Shown: positions 38,554-46,918 of the stretch, piece after piece
Layout of the letters: every line of letters starts with the position of its first letter
Position numbering within the stretch: position 1 is the first letter of the stretch
Source of the DNA: an uncultured Bacteroidota bacterium
GTDB lineage: Bacteria; Bacteroidota; Bacteroidia; 2-12-FULL-35-15
DNA: 64,000 nucleotides
NCBI GenBank assembly: GCA_903926385.1
Contig: CAIYIS010000045.1
Location: forward strand, 173,569 to 237,568
Direction: 5' to 3'
The notes under the pieces: generated by a model
The model's input: the letters and a program-made list of their open reading frames with translations, nothing else
The model's database searches: none
Told to the model about the DNA's origin: nothing
Translations under genes and position numbers: made by a program

Positions 38554-38780
38554 CCTCACTCCACCACCATCTTCCTATTCACCACATTCCTCTTTTCATC
38601 CATTATCCTCACCAAATAAACCCCTGCTCTCATTTCTCCTTTTTCTATCACACATTGTTTACCCATAACGTTTACTGTTTTTATTTCTTTACCCAACACA
38701 TCAGTTATTTTTACTGTTGTGTTTTTTTGTTCTTCGCTAAAGGTAATGGTGGTGGCAGATGTGAAGGGGTTGGGGGAGAT
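38554..38780. repeat. Direct repeat copy B (T9SS CTD coding region)
   Basis: Ungapped alignment with 37321-37547 gives 13 mismatches in 227 bp. Confidence 0.95.
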
Positions 38781-41700
38781 AGAAATACTAGAATTACCAG
38801 TTATTTCATTTATTCCGGCACCCGACACATGAATGGTAAGAGAATCATCGGTTGTATTAAATATTATTGGCACACCAGCCGAATCATTAGCCACATAATT
38901 TGAAAAATATATATGTAAAACAGAAGTAGATGATATAGCAGCATTGGTCTGAAATTTAAAGTCAGCGATTTTACCAAAACCGCTTGCATTAGTATGATTA
39001 ATTCGCGAAATTCCGGCATACCCAGTATTTACCAGAGCATCTACTTTTGATATTTTTATTGCATCAATACCTGGAGTACCCAGCCAACTGGGAGGATAGC
39101 TAATACTTTCTGTACCTGCCTGAACTAATGTGGCCGTGTAATTTATATTAAATGATAACCCATACAAATTGCTAATTGGTTTTATGGAACTTCCCGCCCA
39201 AACCTCAACGGCCACAGTATCTCCCGGGCTATAAGAAGTGTTGTTTGTTACAAAATATAAATCCGGGCTTGTAAGCCTGAAATCATTATTAACAGGAGCA
39301 ATGGCATGTATCAAATTAAAATTAAGATTAATTGCAAGTGTGTCATTATTGTCAATTATACCATCACCATTACAATCTCCATGTTTTATATCTGAACTAT
39401 TTATTTCAGAAATATTCCAGTTTGCAGCAGAATCCGCTTGCCATAGATTGCCCGTTACTGAGCGAACCAATCCTGTTTGTCCATAAAACAAACCAATTGT
39501 CAAAATATCATTATTGTTTACAACAGAATCGTTATTGGCATCTCCTGGCCAAACATCACTATAGTTGCTGAAGTTAAAGCACAAACTCGTATCTAGGCAT
39601 CCTAAATGATTTACAATAACCGAATAACTTCCTGCCGATAAAGGGTAAAATGCACTATTTGTTTCTCCCTGAATAGTATCCTGCGAAAGATTGCAATCCA
39701 ACCATTGATAAGTAGAAGATAATGCATTAGAAAAAAGATTGTTTTCAGAAATAGCAACAGAAATATCCGGGGCATTAACAGAAAGATTAATTTTTAAAAT
39801 ACTATCGCAACCGGATACATTTGTTAAGATTTGTGTATAAACGCCACTAGAAGTATAAGTCTGTCCATTCAATGAAAAACTATCACAAACAATTGGCGCA
39901 ATAGAGTCTTCGGTGTAAAGCAAAGTTAGATGAAACGTGAGCACACTGTCACAACCTGATGCATTAACTAATGTTTGAATATAATTACCACTTACAGTAT
40001 AGAGCTGACTATTCAACAAAAAACTGTCGCATACAGCATATGACCATATCTGATAATTAGAATGATGAATAGTTAGGTTAAAAGTATAAGTGCTATCACA
40101 TCCCAAACTATTCAAAAAGTATTGAGAATAAGTGCCATTGGACAAATAGTTTTGTCCGTTGAGTGTAAAAGTATCACAGGCCACCAGACTAACCGTATCA
40201 TAAGAACGATAATTAACTGTAAGGTTAACAGTCAGTATACTGTCGCAACCAAATACATTAGGTATTGTTTGAACATACACCCCAGACGAGTTATAAGTAT
40301 GTTGATTTAGAACCAAACTATCACAGGCCGTTAAAGTAATTGAGCCTGATGATGGATGTGCAATAAAAAGATTGAAAATAAAGGTACTGTCGCATCCTCT
40401 GAAATTTGTGAGTAATTGAGAATACACACCATTTGTATAATAGGTTTGTCCATTCGAAACTAAACTGTCGCAACCAATGACGTTAGCATAAACAGTATCA
40501 GGAATAACAAAAACGTGAATCGTTGTTCCAACAGAACAGCCTGATGTATCATAAATTACCGAAGTATAATTACCGGTTTGGGTAACTATAATACTTTGTC
40601 CCACGTAACCTGTACTCCAGTAATTGGGATTGGGTGAAGCGGAAGATAATATTACAGTATCACCGATGCAAACTACTGTTGATGGAAAGGCGGTAATTAT
40701 TGGAGGGGTATCACCACACGTTAATTTTATGGCGCAAAAATCACCTCCAACAATGCCAGGAGCGCTACCAACAACAAAGTAGCCTCCGTCCGAGACTTGT
40801 TGAATGAATGAAGCGCTTTCAAGACCTCCGCCCCCAATAGACTTTTGCCACTGTTTTACTCCCGATGTATCCAGTTTTACAATCCAAAAATCTTCATTTC
40901 CATAATTCCAAGTAATATCACCATCATTAGAAAAGGTTTCACCTGCAACAATATAGCCTCCCTCTGAAGTTTGTCGGATACAATTGGCTCGGTCAGAGCT
41001 CGTGCCTCCTAATGATTTTTGCCATTGTAATGTTCCTGAAGTATCAAGTTTTACAACCCAGTAGTCATAATAAGGTGGGTTGGTTCCTCCATGATTAAAA
41101 GTAACATCTCCATCATTTGAGGTAGTGTATCCGGCAACTATAAATCCTCCATCAAAAGTTTGTTGAATGGAATTTGCTTGATCACCATTAGAACCTCCTA
41201 ATGATTTTTGCCATTGTAGAATTCCCGATGGATTTAATTTAACAATCCAAAAATCACTTCCACCATGATTTCCTGTTACATCTCCATCCGTTGAACTTGC
41301 GCTTCCAGCAACGATATACCCCCCATCTGAAGTTTGGTAAACCGAATTTACCATTTCACCACCAGAGCCTCCCAAACATTTTTGCCATTGGATTAGCCCT
41401 GAAATATCCAGTTTTAAAACCCAGCCATCTATATATTGTGTGCCATGATGACCTATAACATCACCGTCAAAAGAAGAAGTCCGACCACCAACTATATATC
41501 CTCCATCAGAAGTTTGTTGTATTGAAGACGCATTATCAATTTGTGTACCTCCATAAGATTTTTGCCATTGAGTATTTCCAGTAGAATCTATTTTAATAAT
41601 CCAAAAATCCTCATTTCCATTATTAGTTGTTAAATCACCATCATTAGAGCTGGAATAACCTGCAATGATAAAACCTCCATCACTCGTTTGTTGAACCGAG

Positions 41701-41990
41701 TTTGCACCATCTCCATTTGAACCGCCATATAATTTTTGCCATTGAATGTCGCCAGATGCATTAGTCTTGACTACCGCCAAATCATACCCCCCATGGTAAC
41801 TACCAAAATCAAAATCTTGTGAATTTGATATACCAACTATGATATACCCTCCATCAAATGTTTGGTGTGCAGAATTGGGAACATCACTATTCAAGCCTCC
41901 ATAATAATTATGCCATTGCGCACTTGGCTGTGCATTCGCAAATAAAGCAAAAACAATAATTGCAACAAACGATAAGATAGTTTTTTTCAT
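38556..41990 (-). CDS. T9SS type-A cargo: beta-propeller, Cys-containing repeats, dockerin-like and cohesin-like domains, CTD
   Basis: WQKSLGGS..D.A..IQQT.DGGYIVAG repeats; five CDS..LNGQ.Y..SG.Y.Q......GCDS repeats; VWPGDANNDSVVNNND and HGDCNGDGIIDNND; a beta-sandwich; an ISPNPF CTD. Confidence 0.9.
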   Translation of the reverse strand: MKKTILSFVAIIVFALFANAQPSAQWHNYYGGLNSDVPNSAHQTFDGGYIIVGISNSQDFDFGSYHGGYDLAVVKTNASGDIQWQKLYGGSNGDGANSVQQTSDGGFIIAGYSSSNDGDLTTNNGNEDFWIIKIDSTGNTQWQKSYGGTQIDNASSIQQTSDGGYIVGGRTSSFDGDVIGHHGTQYIDGWVLKLDISGLIQWQKCLGGSGGEMVNSVYQTSDGGYIVAGSASSTDGDVTGNHGGSDFWIVKLNPSGILQWQKSLGGSNGDQANSIQQTFDGGFIVAGYTTSNDGDVTFNHGGTNPPYYDYWVVKLDTSGTLQWQKSLGGTSSDRANCIRQTSEGGYIVAGETFSNDGDITWNYGNEDFWIVKLDTSGVKQWQKSIGGGGLESASFIQQVSDGGYFVVGSAPGIVGGDFCAIKLTCGDTPPIITAFPSTVVCIGDTVILSSASPNPNYWSTGYVGQSIIVTQTGNYTSVIYDTSGCSVGTTIHVFVIPDTVYANVIGCDSLVSNGQTYYTNGVYSQLLTNFRGCDSTFIFNLFIAHPSSGSITLTACDSLVLNQHTYNSSGVYVQTIPNVFGCDSILTVNLTVNYRSYDTVSLVACDTFTLNGQNYLSNGTYSQYFLNSLGCDSTYTFNLTIHHSNYQIWSYAVCDSFLLNSQLYTVSGNYIQTLVNASGCDSVLTFHLTLLYTEDSIAPIVCDSFSLNGQTYTSSGVYTQILTNVSGCDSILKINLSVNAPDISVAISENNLFSNALSSTYQWLDCNLSQDTIQGETNSAFYPLSAGSYSVIVNHLGCLDTSLCFNFSNYSDVWPGDANNDSVVNNNDILTIGLFYGQTGLVRSVTGNLWQADSAANWNISEINSSDIKHGDCNGDGIIDNNDTLAINLNFNLIHAIAPVNNDFRLTSPDLYFVTNNTSYSPGDTVAVEVWAGSSIKPISNLYGLSFNINYTATLVQAGTESISYPPSWLGTPGIDAIKISKVDALVNTGYAGISRINHTNASGFGKIADFKFQTNAAISSTSVLHIYFSNYVANDSAGVPIIFNTTDDSLTIHVSGAGINEITGNSSISISPNPFTSATTITFSEEQKNTTVKITDVLGKEIKTVNVMGKQCVIEKGEMRAGVYLVRIMDEKRNVVNRKMVVE

Positions 41991-42010
41991 ATTATATATT
42001 TTTCAAGCCG

Positions 42011-42063
42011 TAAACGCAAGCGTCTCTAGCTCGTGTTTATTATTCTGTAGCGTCCCGCCACAA
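42011..42063. repeat. Degenerate REP-like hairpins just upstream of the 1144-aa gene
   Basis: taaacgcaagcgtctctagctcgtgttta and tgtagcgtcccgccacaa, both imperfect stems. Confidence 0.45.
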
Positions 42064-42139
42064 CACAATATTTTTTACATCACAAATATACCATAAATAT
42101 ACATCCAAAAACATTCCTCCCCCAACCTTCACCTTCTGG

Positions 42140-42180
42140 CCCCCCTTCTCCTTTTTCAAGGAGAGGGGCCGGGGGTGAGG
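42140..42180. repeat. REP-like element (cccctctcc...ggagagggg..gggggtgagg), copy 1
   Basis: ccccccttctcctttttcaaggagaggggccgggggtgagg; related copies at 43390-43465 and 43529-43562. Confidence 0.8.
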
Positions 42181-42181
42181 T

Positions 42182-42215
42182 AAAAAAAATCCCACCCTTT
42201 TCAGAGCAGGACTTT
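42182..42215 (-). terminator. Terminator after the 302-aa gene
   Basis: Minus strand aagtcctgctct-gaaa-agggtgggattt plus a T-tract: a 12-bp stem with four G-U pairs. Confidence 0.75.
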
Positions 42216-42220
42216 TCCTC

Positions 42221-42296
42221 TATTCGTAAATTCGTACTATTCGTATTTCGTAAAGTTTTTCATTCTAAAATTCTACAAATCTAAAATTCTAAAATT
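42221..42296. repeat. Two short-period repeat tracts
   Basis: ttcgta four times (42221-42252), then 8-bp units attctaaa attctaca aatctaaa attctaaa att (42262-42296). Confidence 0.7.
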
Positions 42297-43203
42297 ACAA
42301 CTTCACCATCACCGCATTCACCACCGTCATTTTCCCTTTCACTACCTTTATATTCTCCAATCTAAAAGGCTTATAACCCCCTCTAATCACATCAATAATA
42401 TAATTTCCCGTAATCATTTCATCCTCTCCAAAGTCCCTAATCCCTCTCGCACTGCTCTTTTTCATCTTACCCACCTCCTCACAACTCACCTCACAAACCG
42501 CCAACCTCACACCAGTCACACTATCCGTACAAATCACCCGCATCGCTATTTTCCTTGTTATATCTATTACTTCAAACGCATCATTTATCGCCACATAAAA
42601 AGCATTGTTAGTTCTCGCATACGGCACCATCAAATTAAACAACCCCTTCACATCCACACCCAATTTCTTAAACTCCGTCACAAGCCCTGCCGTTGCTGCC
42701 TTTCTATCCCCTATCGCTGCCCTCGGAGTTCCCGCCAGTCCCGCATAAAGCCCAATTGCACTTCCCAAAGCAGCCACAGCAGGCGCTGTTATCACATATC
42801 CTGCCGTTATCATATCAGTCAAATTCGTCCCTGCCCTTGCATTCACTATCACACTCCTGTCTTTTACCACACTCTGCGCCCCATATTCAAAATCCGTTTT
42901 CGTAAAATCTACCTCCCCCGCCAACACAGCATTATTCGTTGATGCCGCATAATCTTTCAACAGCACACAAATGTCCCAGGCCTTTCCGCCCATGTCATCA
43001 AAAGCACTCTTTTTTGCTGCCGCAAAACCAGTAATAGTTGTGCCCTGTTTCACCTCCAACACACCAATGTTTGTCAATCGTGTGTTCACTGCCGTCTGTT
43101 TCCCTATCAGCGGAGTATTCCCTGTATAGTCAGCCGAATGATTTGTCATTGCAAGGCTTCCACTCATAGCAGCCGCCTTTTGTTCAATTTGTTTTTTTGT
43201 CAT
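42295..43203 (-). CDS. Hypothetical protein: Ala-rich helical N-terminal region plus carboxypeptidase-regulatory-like C-terminal beta domain
   Basis: 302-aa ORF with its own terminator and no signal peptide. The C-terminus TDSVTG..L....V....G...GNY.I.V...GYKP resembles transthyretin-like domains. Confidence 0.8.
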   Translation of the reverse strand: MTKKQIEQKAAAMSGSLAMTNHSADYTGNTPLIGKQTAVNTRLTNIGVLEVKQGTTITGFAAAKKSAFDDMGGKAWDICVLLKDYAASTNNAVLAGEVDFTKTDFEYGAQSVVKDRSVIVNARAGTNLTDMITAGYVITAPAVAALGSAIGLYAGLAGTPRAAIGDRKAATAGLVTEFKKLGVDVKGLFNLMVPYARTNNAFYVAINDAFEVIDITRKIAMRVICTDSVTGVRLAVCEVSCEEVGKMKKSSARGIRDFGEDEMITGNYIIDVIRGGYKPFRLENIKVVKGKMTVVNAVMVKL

Positions 43204-43336
43204 AATTCTTAAATTTTAGATGTCAATTAATACTCAAGTTTATTTCGACCGCTAAATTATAAAAAAATAATATTTCCATTATTCACTTTCCCCATATTTT
43301 TTTTTCAACCATTCTCACCTTCTCTCTAGTCTCACT

Positions 43337-43562
43337 TGTCCCTCCCGTCCCTCAAGTCTCAAAAATTTCCCAAAACCATCACCCAATAGCCCCCCTCTCC
43401 TTTTTTTAAGAGGGCAAACAGCCAGTGGCTGTTTGAGCCAGTATGTGCGTAAGCAAGGGGTGAGGTGTCACCCACATGTCCCTCCCGTCCCTCATGTCCT
43501 TAAAATTTTTCCCAACCGTCACGTTTCTCCCCCTCTCCTTCGGAGAGGGGTCGGGGGTGAGG
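43337..43562. repeat. Duplicated composite repeat unit (140-bp offset) containing REP-like copies 2 and 3
   Basis: tgtccctcccgtccctca occurs at 43337 and 43477, each followed by aaaattt..cc..aacc and ccccctctcc...ggggtgagg. Confidence 0.8.
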
Positions 43563-43579
43563 TCTCTACTTCAACTTAC

Positions 43580-43789
43580 TTTAAGCCTACGGCAAAAAAC
43601 TTTACGACTACGACAAGAAACTTTGGGCGTACGACACAAAACTTTAAGCCTACGGCAAAAAACTTTAAGCGTACGACACAAAACTTTACGACTACGACAA
43701 GAAACTTTACGACTACGACACAAAACTTTAAGCGTACGACACAAAACTTTACGACTACGACAAGAAACTTTGGACGTCTTTTTTCGGAC
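43580..43789. repeat. 21-bp tandem repeat array, 9 conserved units plus a degenerate tail
   Basis: Order A B C A D B E D B, with A=tttaagcctacggcaaaaaac, B=tttacgactacgacaagaaac, C=tttgggcgtacgacacaaaac, D=tttaagcgtacgacacaaaac, E=tttacgactacgacacaaaac. Confidence 0.95.
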
Positions 43790-43904
43790 TTTCTCCCTAC
43801 TCCGTCAATTTATTTTACCACTCCGTCCAAACCAATTCGCCCTTTATCGCCATTTTCTCCTAATCTCCCTTTCCTCAACCTCAAATCCCCAATCATCCAC
43901 CCCC

Positions 43905-43941
43905 ATTCATAATTTATAATTCATAATTTATAATTTCCCTC
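43905..43941. repeat. 7-bp tandem tract matching 38521-38557
   Basis: attcata atttata attcata atttata atttccctc. Confidence 0.75.
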
Positions 43942-44171
43942 CCCTTCCCCTATTTTCACCCCGACCTTGTCGAAGCGCGTTTTTCCCAAAACCAACCAAT
44001 CACCAATCAATGCCCACCAAACCAATTAACAAAATTCTTTCCTCGTTACTTAATTTAAGCACCAAAGAAAAACCAGTCGATAATTTGCAAAATATCATAT
44101 TGTCATTTGCCTATTTATTTTACTTTTGCCATCCGTAAACTCAGATTTATTAAACATTAATTCAAAAAAAC

Positions 44172-45671
44172 ATGAAAAAACTATTACTAACTACTACCAT
44201 TATTCTCTCAGCAGGAGTTACTCTACTTGCTCAAAATTCAGGATTGAACATACATAGAATACCCGGTACATTACCTGCACCCGAATTAAATCGTGCTCCT
44301 CAGGCAAAAAACATAGCCTGTGCAAACGATACCATTTTGTACACAGTATTGAAAGAAGCCTATCTAGGAACTAGTTCTTACGGAGGTATTCCTTTGTATA
44401 TCGGAGGTATTACGGAGTATTCGCAAGCATTTACCAATACCACTTCGCTTACTGTAAAAGGTATTTCGTTTTACGGAGGAGTGGTTGATGCCATGAATCC
44501 TAACCAAACGGTTACGGCTACAGCCACCTTATATAATGTGGATGCCAATAATATGCCAACCACAGTAATTGCTACCAGACTCATTTCGATGGACACTTCG
44601 TTTAAATACAGAACAGCAATGTTCACAATTCCTCAAACTGTTACCGGAAATTATGCAGTGGCCATTAACAATACTAGCCCCACCGATACATTGGTTATTT
44701 TCTCGAACAATGCAGCTGTAGGAACGTATGACGAAAATTTATCGTATCTTAATGTAGCCCTGCTTGGCGGATGGAACACCTCTTCCGGTTTGTGGGCAAC
44801 TATTGGTTATACCAATAATGAGGCCTATGAAGCCATCATTGCTCCTGTTATTTCATACAGTATTGCTACCGATTTTACTGTAACCACATCGCCCGTGTGT
44901 TTGGGTCAGTCCATAGCATTAACCAATAATACTTCTCCTGCCGGAATAGTCGAAAATTATATGTACACATTTAATGGTTTTGCTTCACACTGGGGTCTTG
45001 TTGGCTCCGACTCCACTTATGCCTGGGTAATGGGCGATGGGACTCCGTTGCAATGGACTCATGATGTAGCTTCTTATACCTATGCTGCTGCCGGTTTGGA
45101 TACAGTTACATTAGTTACCATTGGTGGGTTGATACATGGTTGTATCGACACCAAACAAGTACAGGTTACTGTTTTGGGCACTGCTGCTGCTGTTTATACC
45201 TACGATGCTACTAACGCACCTACAGTTGTATTTACTAATACTTCAACCAATGCCACTTCTTATTCATGGGATTTTGGTGATGGGTCGCCTATAGACAATT
45301 CTCCAAACCCTACCCATACTTATACTTCAAACGGAAACTTTACAGTGGTATTAACTGCAACTAATAGTTGCAATTCGAGTTTGAATACGCAAACAGTTAC
45401 CATTTCTACTGTGGGTATTGCCAACAATTCATTAGGTTCGGTAAGTGTGTTTCCTAATCCATCTTCAACAGGAATGTTCGAAATCAACACAAAAATAAAT
45501 GAAAATTCACAATTGGAAGTGTACAATTTAATTGGCAAATTATTAATGAAAAAAGACATCACGTCAAGTAAATCTGTAATTGATTTGTCGGGTTTTGGAA
45601 TGGGAACCTATACATTAAAAGTTATTACCGAACAAGGTATTTTGATTCGTAAATTAGTTGTTACAAAATAA
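44172..45671 (+). CDS. T9SS type-A cargo with PKD domains
   Basis: Signal peptide, PKD (YSWDFGDG...NPTHTY) and a VFPNPS CTD. Confidence 0.9.
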   Translation: MKKLLLTTTIILSAGVTLLAQNSGLNIHRIPGTLPAPELNRAPQAKNIACANDTILYTVLKEAYLGTSSYGGIPLYIGGITEYSQAFTNTTSLTVKGISFYGGVVDAMNPNQTVTATATLYNVDANNMPTTVIATRLISMDTSFKYRTAMFTIPQTVTGNYAVAINNTSPTDTLVIFSNNAAVGTYDENLSYLNVALLGGWNTSSGLWATIGYTNNEAYEAIIAPVISYSIATDFTVTTSPVCLGQSIALTNNTSPAGIVENYMYTFNGFASHWGLVGSDSTYAWVMGDGTPLQWTHDVASYTYAAAGLDTVTLVTIGGLIHGCIDTKQVQVTVLGTAAAVYTYDATNAPTVVFTNTSTNATSYSWDFGDGSPIDNSPNPTHTYTSNGNFTVVLTATNSCNSSLNTQTVTISTVGIANNSLGSVSVFPNPSSTGMFEINTKINENSQLEVYNLIGKLLMKKDITSSKSVIDLSGFGMGTYTLKVITEQGILIRKLVVTK

Positions 45672-45693
45672 AACGCTATCTTATTTTAAGCAC

Positions 45694-45723
45694 AAAAAAG
45701 CCCCGAACTTTCGGGGCTTTTTT
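45694..45723. terminator. Bidirectional terminator
   Basis: aaaaaagccccgaa-ct-ttcggggctttttt between convergent genes. Confidence 0.92.
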
Positions 45724-45749
45724 ATTGTTTTTCGTTTCTTGTAGTCAGG

Positions 45750-46727
45750 TTACCCCACTCTGAATCCTAGCTTTTCTCTCACACGGTTTAATGTGGCTTG
45801 TGCAATAACTCTTGCTTTTTCGGCACCAATAAGCAGTTTTGTGTCCAACTCGTTTCGGTTGGTCATGTAATACGAATAGGTTTCGCGGGGAGTTTTAAAT
45901 TTAGTAAGTATTACTTCCAGCAATGCATTTTTGGCATGTCCGTAACCATAACCACCTTTCAGGTAATTGGCTTTCATTTCGGCTATTTGTTGTTCATCTG
46001 CCAGCAGTTTGAACAAAGCAAAAACATTACAGGTGTCAGGGTTTTTAGGCGCTTCGAGCGGAGTGGCATCGGTAACAATGCTCATCACCACTTTTTTTAG
46101 TTCTTTTTCAGGAAGAAAAATATTGATAAAATTGTTTAACGACTTGCTCATCTTTTTTCCGTCAATACCCGGTACAAGCATAGTTTCTTCATTCACTTTT
46201 CCTTCGGGAATAACAAAACACTCGCCATACATATTATTGAATTTTTCGGCAATATCTCTGGTCATTTCCAAATGTTGCATCTGGTCTTTTCCTACCGGAA
46301 CATAATGTGCATCGTAAAGTATAATATCGGCAGCCATCAGCACCGGATAAGTAAATAAACCGGCATTAACATCGGCCAAACGTTCTGATTTATCTTTAAA
46401 CGAATGCGCATTTGCAAGCATCGGAAATGGAGTTAAACAATTCAAATACCAAGTAAGTTCGCATACTTCGGGCACATCGCTCTGACGATAAAAAATATTT
46501 TTATCCGTATCAAACCCAAAAGCAAGCCATGCAGCAGCCACCGAAGCAGTGCTTTCTTTTATAAATGCAGCATCCTTTATAGAAGTTAATGCATGCAAAT
46601 CTGCAATAAAAAAAAGAGAATCATTTCCTGCTTTTTTTGATAGTTCAATAGCCGGAATAATGGCTCCCAAAATATTCCCCAAGTGAGGAATATTGGTACT
46701 TTGTACTCCTGTGAGTATTCTTGACAT
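45750..46727 (-). CDS. trpS: Tryptophan--tRNA ligase
   Basis: HLGN (HIGH motif), YPVLMAADI, VPVGKDQ and KMSKS. Start MSRILTG at 46727. Confidence 0.98.
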   Translation of the reverse strand: MSRILTGVQSTNIPHLGNILGAIIPAIELSKKAGNDSLFFIADLHALTSIKDAAFIKESTASVAAAWLAFGFDTDKNIFYRQSDVPEVCELTWYLNCLTPFPMLANAHSFKDKSERLADVNAGLFTYPVLMAADIILYDAHYVPVGKDQMQHLEMTRDIAEKFNNMYGECFVIPEGKVNEETMLVPGIDGKKMSKSLNNFINIFLPEKELKKVVMSIVTDATPLEAPKNPDTCNVFALFKLLADEQQIAEMKANYLKGGYGYGHAKNALLEVILTKFKTPRETYSYYMTNRNELDTKLLIGAEKARVIAQATLNRVREKLGFRVG

Positions 46728-46918
46728 AATGGTTAAACCTTTTACTTTTTTTCGATTCAAAGATAGGATTTATTTAAACGAACGAAGTAAGGAAAAATAA
46801 AAAATGGCAATCTGTTTTGGCTTCTGATTAATTTTGCGATAAAAAATAAACAGTTGTAATGTATCTGTGTTAATTAAATTGAGTAATTTAGCAGTCCGAT
46901 TCAAGGGCATATTAATAA

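Noticed and set aside
37321-38780. Diversity-generating retroelement (TR/VR pair)
   Set aside because: Mismatches are not confined to adenines of one copy, both copies are in-frame gene ends, and no reverse transcriptase is in the window.
43580-43789. CRISPR array (also considered for the 13.2 and 28.2 kb arrays)
   Set aside because: Units are contiguous 21-mers that recur exactly, with no unique spacers and no cas genes.
43433-43919. ORFs 43433..43912 and 43476..43919 as genes
   Set aside because: They have non-ATG starts inside REP elements and stay open mainly because of the stop-free repeat and G-poor composition. Not called without expression data.
36213-44100. Classical integron, prophage or ICE
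   Set aside because: There is no integrase, phage or conjugation gene, and the junction elements differ from each other rather than forming one attC family.
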